In this document: positions 21,634-28,634 of the stretch, one piece after another
Numbering within the stretch: the stretch's first letter is position 1
Layout: each line of letters begins with the position of its first letter
Source: a virus
Lineage: Duplodnaviria; Caudoviricetes
Virus record (IMG/VR): IMGVR_UViG_3300037502_000757
Coordinates: 1 to 28,634 of that record
Reading direction: 5' to 3' (one strand)
DNA length: 28,634 nucleotides
Notes under the pieces: generated by a model
Seen by the model: the letters and a program-made list of their open reading frames with translations, nothing else
Database searches by the model: none
Told to the model about the DNA's origin: nothing
Translations under genes and position numbers: made by a program

Positions 21634-23421
21634 TTATTTGGGCAGTTTCGAGAAGTCCACTCCGGGGGCAGAAGGAGCAGCAGCTTGCGGTATCTCAACC
21701 CCAGCATCTTTTGAAAGCTTAGCCAAAATACCTTCAATAGGAGCCAACGTAGACGCCTCAAGCTGTCGAGCACGACGCTGATAGTCTTGAATAGACTTCT
21801 TCTGACTATCGGAAAGGTTCCCGCCAACACCCTGTAGGCGAACCAGTGTAGCGTAATCAGGGAATTCTTTCTCTAACGTAGCAGCAATATTACGCTGCGC
21901 AGCAGCTAAACGCTGGCTGGCTAGTGTAATTTGGTTGCTAAGTTTGATGTTGTTGTCAGCTTCAGCCTTTTGCTTAAGCTCCATAAGCTTGATTTGGAGA
22001 TCCTGTGCGCGGTTAGCAGCAGCAGTAGAAGCTTGTACATCTGTCTGATAGGTTGTACCAGCAAGAGTAGCCTCTGCTTTAGCCTGTTCCATCCGGGCCT
22101 TTTGAGCTTCCTTCCGGAAGCCAGCGGCTTCATCTAGGAACTTCTTCTCCATCTCAAGGTCACCCATCTGCCTAGCTTGTTGGGCTTGCTTGAGCTTTAA
22201 GACGGCTTCTTCACCGGCCAATGTAGCTACACGATCTGCTTCATCCCGGGCTTTCATACCGGCGCTATACGCCATGTACTGATCCCCGCCCGTTCTTAAC
22301 GCCTGACCTAGCCGGATGAAAGAATTGAGCGAATCTTCACTCCGCTGTAGGTCTAACAGGCGCTTACGTTCTGCTTCCGACCGGCCTAAAGCAGCTATAC
22401 CTTCTGCCGCTAAATCCGGCTGACTCCGGCGCATAGCTAACATCCGAGCGTTAATCTCTTCACGCTTCTTAGCTTCTTCTGCTGCTGCTTTGTCTTCTGG
22501 CACGGCATTTAAGATGCCTTGGAGCGTAGGACGCTCGCGTGGAGCAACCGCTGCTATACCGGACGGCGCTGCAACAGGGGCGGGCTCAGGGCGAGCCTGC
22601 GGGCGCGCGGCAGGAGCCTCTTGTTTAGGAGAAGCTTCTGGGGCAGGGCGAGGCTCTGCGCCTGCTTCTGCGCCACGCTGGAATTCTGACTCTAAAACCG
22701 CTGCTAGATCTTGCCTAGGCCCGCGAGCACCTTCTGCATATCTCTCAAACGATCCGGCTTCCCGTAAACGTTGTAAAGCAGACGGGATAGGCCGCTGCTC
22801 TTCTACGATCTGAGCTAACCCTACTGGACGCTCTCTCGGGGTGGGGGCACTACGATATGCCCTGCCTAATGCTGCATCCATCCGTTGACCAGCAGCGTCT
22901 ACAGGCGGCGGACGACGGGGCTCTCTAGGTTCACCCCTTTCAATAACCGGCAGAGGCTCCGGTTCTAAATCCCTAAACATAGAACGACGCCGACGCTCTC
23001 GGGCGTCTTCGTCTTCCATCTCTGCTAGCTCTCGATCAGGAATCGGTTGGAGTCTAACGTCTGAACCTTCTTCCCCAGCGTAGCCGATGATCCCGCCTTC
23101 TCGGAACTGCATATTAGCGGGGAGGCCGCCGATTCCCCGCTGGAGCATCTGAGCAGCCATCTGCGCAACAGCCTGCGGGTCTTGAGCCATCTGCTGTTGC
23201 TGTTGTTGACGCTGAGCCATCATCTGCCCAGCGATCCCGGCTTGTTGCCCGACGGTTTGCATGTCAGGCATGGCTTGCTGCGCAACAGCCTGTTCTACCT
23301 GTTTAGCGACAGTAGGTTGCTGACCTTGCGGCCCGGGGGCGGATGGAGATGCCTGTTGCTGAAGGATCTGCGCAGCCTGCATCAGCGCCTGTAAGCCGCT
23401 GGGGATTTGTGTATTCAGCAT
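21634..23421 (-). CDS. Putative internal virion/DNA ejection protein
   Basis: 595 aa, Gln/Ala-rich and coiled-coil-like, with FREGGIIGYA motif. Lies between ejection-type genes. Confidence 0.6.
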   Translation of the reverse strand: MLNTQIPSGLQALMQAAQILQQQASPSAPGPQGQQPTVAKQVEQAVAQQAMPDMQTVGQQAGIAGQMMAQRQQQQQQMAQDPQAVAQMAAQMLQRGIGGLPANMQFREGGIIGYAGEEGSDVRLQPIPDRELAEMEDEDARERRRRSMFRDLEPEPLPVIERGEPREPRRPPPVDAAGQRMDAALGRAYRSAPTPRERPVGLAQIVEEQRPIPSALQRLREAGSFERYAEGARGPRQDLAAVLESEFQRGAEAGAEPRPAPEASPKQEAPAARPQARPEPAPVAAPSGIAAVAPRERPTLQGILNAVPEDKAAAEEAKKREEINARMLAMRRSQPDLAAEGIAALGRSEAERKRLLDLQRSEDSLNSFIRLGQALRTGGDQYMAYSAGMKARDEADRVATLAGEEAVLKLKQAQQARQMGDLEMEKKFLDEAAGFRKEAQKARMEQAKAEATLAGTTYQTDVQASTAAANRAQDLQIKLMELKQKAEADNNIKLSNQITLASQRLAAAQRNIAATLEKEFPDYATLVRLQGVGGNLSDSQKKSIQDYQRRARQLEASTLAPIEGILAKLSKDAGVEIPQAAAPSAPGVDFSKLPK

Positions 23422-23430
23422 GGCATTAGC

Positions 23431-25314
23431 TCAAGGTTTATTAAAAACGTTTTCTTCCAGCCATTTAGAAAGCTGGCCTACTTGCGAAACAGTCAGACCT
23501 AAATCAGAGATCGTGCTTCTATTAGGAGTAACAGTAGTAGAACCGATTGGAAGACCGGTTAACATACTTTGCTGGAATTTAAGCTGCTCGTACGGGAACT
23601 GACGTTGTTTCTCAAACTCACCCCGTAGCTGTTCAATCCCTTGTTGTTCAATCTGCCGCTGTTGCGCACCTAGCCCGGCTAATGCACCGACATCTTGTAA
23701 CTGTTGTTCCCGGCTCCGGTTGTACTGACCCATCGCCTTATCAAACGCGGTCTCGTACGCCTTACCAGTGGTAAGAGCCTGCTGTTGACCGAGATTCCGA
23801 AGAAGCTCTGATTCCATAATGGCCTGACGGCCACCACCGTAAGCGCCAGCTTTAGACAACCTGCCTGCCGTTTGTAAACGGGAGATCTCCGCCTGACGGC
23901 GCATCTCATCCAGTTGCGGCTTAAGGGCAGTCTCAATAAACGGGTTCATATACTGCTGTGCAGCAGCGGTATCAAACGTTGCTTGAGGATTGATCTGCCC
24001 GGCAGCACCAAACGCTTGCTGTTGGAGAGGTGAAACTCCGGCAGATAACGGGCCTTGGAAGGCTTGATAGCCTGTCCCTGCAAGAGCCTGAGATTTGCCT
24101 AACATATCTCCAACATAGTCTCCCACCCACGGAGCCAAGTTGGTTTCCTGTGTAGCACCTAGTAGCGGGTTAGCACCAGCGATGCTGCTTAAACCTGACG
24201 GGGTAGAGCCTCCAGCTTGGAAAGCTACCGGGCCACCGGAGGCATAACCTGCAATCCCGCCGGGCGTGAACTTATCGGGGTTGATCTTCTTCCCCTGTTT
24301 AGTTGTCCCGGTACGTGCCTTACGGACACGATCCATCATCTTATAAAGCTGGTTAGCACCGGCTTCGGAATTACCATTACCAAGATGGCTTACAACGTCA
24401 GCAGGGATCACAAACTCTCCGTGACTTAACTTAGCCGGTTGTTTACCGTCTATAGATGATGGGATTTTATCTGCCATGCCGTCTGTCGGTCCAGCTAAAT
24501 AGCGGCCTTTTGCAAGATTCATAATGCCACCCTGTGCGGCAGTAATAGGTTGTGCGGCAGGATCAACAGGAGGGGCTATCCCCATCCCCGGCATGAGATA
24601 GATATCCCGTAAGCCAGACATATCCTGCTTTTTGGTTAACGTGTTGTCAGCGAACTTAGTCCCTGTAGCAGCGGCGGGAGCAACAGGGTTGATCCCTTTT
24701 AACCTAGCAGCTTCAGCCTTGGCAGCATCTTGTGCGGCAGTAATACCTGCCGTATCAGTCTTACCGACATACTGAGGATCGGTAAAGAACTTCCCTCCCA
24801 TGACAGCTTTACCAGAGTAAGGTTCATAAGCAGGCATTTCTACCTGCTCTCTTACTGCCGTGAGCTTAGGAATAGAGCCTTTCCACCCGCCGGTTTTAGG
24901 TGTATTCCCGCCGCCTAATGAAAACGCGGTAGCGGCTAAAGCAGCAGCCCCTTTTGGGGAGGTGGCAAAGTTGCCAAGCTTGGTGATTAAGCTGGACCAG
25001 TCAGACGCAGCAGGAGCCTTTCCCGGGGCGGGAGGTGACCAGATTTTTTTACCGTTTAAAAAGTAAGAGCCGTCAGGCGCGACAACAACTTCATTTTTAT
25101 CGTCATCAACATACTTTTGGAATCCGGGCGCTTCTGGGTCAAACGCATACCCCGCTTCTATTCCATAAAGTTTATTGGGATCGCTCGTTTCAAACCCAAT
25201 ATCATCAGGCTCATCTTGCACGTCTCCCGTCGCAAATCCGATGTCATCCGTTTCATCTTCTACGTATTCATAAGACCCAGTACCGTCAGCGTCTACGTAA
25301 TAAACATACGGCAT
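23431..25314 (-). CDS. Putative DNA transfer/ejection protein
   Basis: YLAGPTDGMADKIP...PAKLSHGEFVIPADVV motif, plus YMNPF...GAYGGGRQAIMESE...Q.PYEQL, typical of podovirus pilot/ejection proteins. Confidence 0.7.
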   Translation of the reverse strand: MPYVYYVDADGTGSYEYVEDETDDIGFATGDVQDEPDDIGFETSDPNKLYGIEAGYAFDPEAPGFQKYVDDDKNEVVVAPDGSYFLNGKKIWSPPAPGKAPAASDWSSLITKLGNFATSPKGAAALAATAFSLGGGNTPKTGGWKGSIPKLTAVREQVEMPAYEPYSGKAVMGGKFFTDPQYVGKTDTAGITAAQDAAKAEAARLKGINPVAPAAATGTKFADNTLTKKQDMSGLRDIYLMPGMGIAPPVDPAAQPITAAQGGIMNLAKGRYLAGPTDGMADKIPSSIDGKQPAKLSHGEFVIPADVVSHLGNGNSEAGANQLYKMMDRVRKARTGTTKQGKKINPDKFTPGGIAGYASGGPVAFQAGGSTPSGLSSIAGANPLLGATQETNLAPWVGDYVGDMLGKSQALAGTGYQAFQGPLSAGVSPLQQQAFGAAGQINPQATFDTAAAQQYMNPFIETALKPQLDEMRRQAEISRLQTAGRLSKAGAYGGGRQAIMESELLRNLGQQQALTTGKAYETAFDKAMGQYNRSREQQLQDVGALAGLGAQQRQIEQQGIEQLRGEFEKQRQFPYEQLKFQQSMLTGLPIGSTTVTPNRSTISDLGLTVSQVGQLSKWLEENVFNKP

Positions 25315-25317
25315 GAT

Positions 25318-28300
25318 TTATTCCTTCTGCAACCTATAAAGGGTGGGAGAGAAAGCTTGTGTGATATCAAACTGCTGCTCTTCCGGGATTTGGAAATAAT
25401 ACGGCATTTCGTACGGCTGTAGCGCCCCGGTAATTCCGGGCGCGCCTAGCTGCCCGAACAACTGCATAAGCTGATCCGGGGTCAGGCCGGGAGGAAGCGG
25501 TGTAACGGGCTTCTTAGGCGGGACGGGTTGCTTGGGAGGAGAAATCTTAATCCTCGGCAAGCCAGTTTCTGGGTCAATCTCTTCTTCTGGTTCAAACTCA
25601 TCCGCATCTTCACCCGGGGTGTAGGGCGGAATAAACTCGTCTGCATCTTCGCCCGGCGTATACGGAGGGACAAAATCCCCGGCATCTTCTCCAGGGGTGT
25701 ACGGCGGGATAAATTCTGCTGCGTCCTCCCCCGGAGTGTAGGGAGGAATAAACTCCTCTGCGTCCTCCCCGGGCGTATAAGGCGGCATAACTTCGACAGA
25801 GTCTTCTCCCGGCGTATACGGGGGCAAAAGCTCTTCTGCATCTTCGCCGGGGGTATAAGGAACTTCAGGAGAAACAATAAACTCTTCCGCATCCTCTCCA
25901 GGCGTGTACGGAGGTTGGAACTCAGCCGCATCCTCTCCTGGTGTATATGGCGGCTCAGTAACCTCCACAGGTTCTTCCGCAGGCGGCTCAACAGGAGGCT
26001 CACCTATCTGTTCAAACTCTTCTGCGTCTTCTCCGGGTGTGTATGGAGGCTCTACAACAGGTTCTGTTGGTTCTTCCGGTTCTACAACCGGAGGAGTTAA
26101 GGATGCTAAATAAGCATCTTGATCCCCGTCAAACTCTAAATACGTAGCGTAGTCCGGGAAGCCATTTATCTGAGTAAGTTCGTCGTTCAGAGCATCTTGC
26201 ATTTCTTGCTGCTGTTGTTCCCACAGCCTGCCGCGCTCTTCTAGATCTGCCTCATCCTTTAGATGTTGCTGATACCGTTCAAACGTTCCGTACTCTTCTT
26301 TCGTCTCGGCATCCGGCCAGCCTTCGGCAACAGCTTGGTCGTTCTTAAACGAAGCAAGATCGCCGTTGTACTGTTGCTTGGTGACTAGGTCAGGGAAACC
26401 CTCTTCCCTTGCGATGCTTTCTTCTTCTACCCTAGCTTGTTCCAGTAGGTCAGCTTGGTAGGCGTCATAACTCCCGCCGTACTGCACCTGCGTAAAGTGG
26501 TCAGGGAACCCAGCGGCTATGGCATCCCGCTCTAGCAAATCCTGTTCGTAAGCATTGAGATCCCCGCCGTACTCCATGTACGTTTTATAGTCCGGGAACT
26601 CAGCGCCTTTCGCCATCAGCTCATTCTGAGCATCTAGATAGCGCTCATAGTTTCCTTCAAACTGCTGATAGGTGGCGTAGTTAGGAAAGCCAAATAACTG
26701 AGCACGCTCTTCGTTCGCTACTCGCTCAGCCTCTGCTTGCCTAGCTTCTTCTGCGAGTCTTTCTTGCTCAGCGGTTACTCTAGCTTCTTCCGCTAATCGC
26801 TCTTCCTCTATACGAGCTTCTTCTGCAAGACGTTCAGCTTCTTCCGGGTCGATGACTTCTTCCGGCTCAATTATTTCTTCCGGGATCTCTACCGGACCGG
26901 CCATTTCCGGCGCGATAGTCGGCGGGGTCAGTTCTGTAATAGGAACTTCTACCCCTTCTGAGTCTATTAAAGACGTAATCTCTCCGGTCGGGCCAAAGGT
27001 GATAGACGATCCGTCATCGAACGTTATAGTTTCTCCGCCGGGGAAGGTTATCCCTGTCAGCGGCTCTTGAAAGCGCGGGCCAGATTCGCCAAAAATTAGT
27101 TCCTGGAATAATTTATCTTCTGGCAGGGTCGGCCCTGTTGATAAAGACTCAAAGATGTCATCAAGCTCATCCGGCTCGCTAGGCAAATCAACAGTACCCA
27201 AACCAAGCTGTTGCAATTCATCTGGCAACAAGTCTTCCAACCCAGAAACATCGGATTGCGAAAGTGTTACTTCGGGGAGACTGTCGCTAGCAAGCAGCTG
27301 GTCATCTTCTCTGCCCGATACACCAAATTCATCTGCTAGAACGGGGGTGTCATATATTCCGGCAGGTCGCCTTTGCGGAGGTTGCGGGCCTACTAAACTG
27401 CTAAACCCCTCTGACATTAACGTGCCGCCTATTGCATTGCCAATAGCCGTCGCTGGGTCGGTATTATTTAAGATTGCCTGAGTTGCGCTTTTGACAGAAT
27501 CTGAAACAAGTTTTGACGATAAATCTTTTGGATCTAAACCAAACTCCGTTTTAAGAACATTATTGATTTGCGGCCCAACAACAGCAGAAACGCCCGCCGC
27601 TAATATTTGGTCAAAATCTTTGCCTTGCAAAGCAGCGGTAGCAGCGCCGGAAGACGCATCGGTCACAATCTTCTGAACGAGTTGCTGAGATAAATCCGGT
27701 TTAACTGAAGCGCTAAACGCTTCGTCGCCCCACGCACCGCCGACCACTTGATCCGGGGCAAAAGCCCCTCCTATTTGCTGGCCGATTTGCCCGCCTGCGT
27801 AGCTTGCAGCGGCGCTTAAAACAATCTGCTCCATATCCCCGCCCGTTGCGGCGGTAACCATAGCATTGGCTAATGGAGCGGGCACGCCCACGGCTGTAAG
27901 AGCAATCGTAGCTATAGTAGGCAGCGGATTTTCTGCAATATTTGAAATTGTTGTAGAAACATAGTCCCCAATTTTCCCTACTGTGCTGCCAACAGCAGAG
28001 AGCGCCGAGTCTATAAAACCAAAAAGTCCGCCGCTTTTGCCGCCAGTGTCAACCGGAGGAGGTTTTGGGAAAAGATCGGCCAACCTACTAAAATCTGACG
28101 TTGGGATGCGCAACCCAGCAGGGTCGTTTTCCGCTTTATAATAAGATTGCGTTGCTAACTTATTTAAGTCATCACCGCTTATCCCAATTATTTGAGCGGC
28201 TTCATATGGGGTTAGATAATTGCCCCTGGTTGGGCCTAGCTGTAAAAAGTTTTTTGTATCCGGTTCTGACCGGTATTCAGCAATATCTTCATATGCCCAC

Positions 28301-28368
28301 GCGCCGGGCATATAAACAATCCCTTCACTAGCTAGCTTTTGTTTTATTTCTTGAGCTGATAACGACAT
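25318..28368 (-). CDS. Large acidic repeat-containing protein, probably virion-associated
   Basis: 1016 aa. Ala/Gly-rich N-terminal half, EEAERLAEEAR coiled coil, and two repeat families. RBS AGGAG. Confidence 0.7.
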   Translation of the reverse strand: MSLSAQEIKQKLASEGIVYMPGAWAYEDIAEYRSEPDTKNFLQLGPTRGNYLTPYEAAQIIGISGDDLNKLATQSYYKAENDPAGLRIPTSDFSRLADLFPKPPPVDTGGKSGGLFGFIDSALSAVGSTVGKIGDYVSTTISNIAENPLPTIATIALTAVGVPAPLANAMVTAATGGDMEQIVLSAAASYAGGQIGQQIGGAFAPDQVVGGAWGDEAFSASVKPDLSQQLVQKIVTDASSGAATAALQGKDFDQILAAGVSAVVGPQINNVLKTEFGLDPKDLSSKLVSDSVKSATQAILNNTDPATAIGNAIGGTLMSEGFSSLVGPQPPQRRPAGIYDTPVLADEFGVSGREDDQLLASDSLPEVTLSQSDVSGLEDLLPDELQQLGLGTVDLPSEPDELDDIFESLSTGPTLPEDKLFQELIFGESGPRFQEPLTGITFPGGETITFDDGSSITFGPTGEITSLIDSEGVEVPITELTPPTIAPEMAGPVEIPEEIIEPEEVIDPEEAERLAEEARIEEERLAEEARVTAEQERLAEEARQAEAERVANEERAQLFGFPNYATYQQFEGNYERYLDAQNELMAKGAEFPDYKTYMEYGGDLNAYEQDLLERDAIAAGFPDHFTQVQYGGSYDAYQADLLEQARVEEESIAREEGFPDLVTKQQYNGDLASFKNDQAVAEGWPDAETKEEYGTFERYQQHLKDEADLEERGRLWEQQQQEMQDALNDELTQINGFPDYATYLEFDGDQDAYLASLTPPVVEPEEPTEPVVEPPYTPGEDAEEFEQIGEPPVEPPAEEPVEVTEPPYTPGEDAAEFQPPYTPGEDAEEFIVSPEVPYTPGEDAEELLPPYTPGEDSVEVMPPYTPGEDAEEFIPPYTPGEDAAEFIPPYTPGEDAGDFVPPYTPGEDADEFIPPYTPGEDADEFEPEEEIDPETGLPRIKISPPKQPVPPKKPVTPLPPGLTPDQLMQLFGQLGAPGITGALQPYEMPYYFQIPEEQQFDITQAFSPTLYRLQKE
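25594..26050 (-). repeat. Ten copies of a 13-aa coding repeat, PPYTPGEDAxEF
   Basis: Counted in the translation. Mostly 39-nt period, with diverged third codon positions. Confidence 0.9.
26108..26695 (-). repeat. Six copies of a G(F/W)PDxxT...Y.G....Y coding repeat
   Basis: GFPNYATY, EFPDYKTY, GFPDHFTQ, GFPDLVTK, GWPDAETK, GFPDYATY. Confidence 0.8.
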
Positions 28369-28398
28369 GTTTTCTCCTATTGAATGGTATTACAGTCG

Positions 28399-28623
28399 TT
28401 ATGGCTGTTGTTTAATTTTCAAACCAACAGCTTTTACAGCCTGCCGAAATTCTTTTGTTCTGTCGTCAATCTCGCTCTTGGGGTCAGCGGTTAACATAAC
28501 GAAGCTTATTTGTTTGTCCGGTAAAAACTGATACCAAAATAACGTGTTACCTGCCCGCATAACTCGGTGCGTGTTTTTGTTGATGGTGTCGTGCATTAAA
28601 GCGTATATCTTTTCCCAATCCAC
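28399..28623 (-). CDS. Hypothetical protein
   Basis: 74-aa ORF. The true start may lie beyond the window edge. Confidence 0.6.
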   Translation of the reverse strand: MDWEKIYALMHDTINKNTHRVMRAGNTLFWYQFLPDKQISFVMLTADPKSEIDDRTKEFRQAVKAVGLKIKQQP

Positions 28624-28634
28624 CCCTGCTTCTT

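Noticed and set aside
15695-28331. Numerous plus-strand ORFs opposite the large minus-strand genes, and alternative-frame ORF 25482-26003
   Set aside because: Shadow ORFs produced by codon bias and coding repeats, with no RBS or protein-like features.

Overview
This window is part of a tailed dsDNA phage genome, probably podovirus-like with a proteobacterial host (inferred from gene content). It has four blocks. (1) 1-1341, minus strand: the 5' end of a Twinkle/T7-gp4-like primase-helicase, an HNH-like gene, a C4-like antisense RNA control region with its own sigma70 promoter, and a Rap1a/Tai-like secreted protein. (2) 1359-2483: about 1.1 kb of non-coding, densely structured DNA. On the minus strand it reads as tRNA-Leu(UAA), then four variable RNA cassettes, each closed by the same long stem (CCAACACGCAUGGGG...CCCCAGCCGUGUUGG) with covarying pairs. 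Between the cassettes lie a canonical type I hammerhead ribozyme and two identical 21-nt hairpins. A small plus-strand RNA with an anti-Shine-Dalgarno segment lies beside the tRNA. This RNA array is the best candidate for an undescribed system. (3) 2491-14873, mostly plus strand: a recombination module (Cas4-like nuclease, DUF1071/Sak3-like annealing protein, SSB-like protein), small regulators, and a long mosaic of small accessory genes joined by repeated junction sequences. These include an Acb2/Tad1-like anti-defence candidate, a DUF3310 protein and a Ref-like nuclease. (4) 14845-28634, minus strand: virion/ejection-type genes, including a 2258-aa polyvalent protein (two zincin domains, an ART-like domain, LPD38) with a probable overprinted nested gene, and a repeat-rich acidic protein. 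All family calls come from motif recognition by eye; no searches or folding programs were run.
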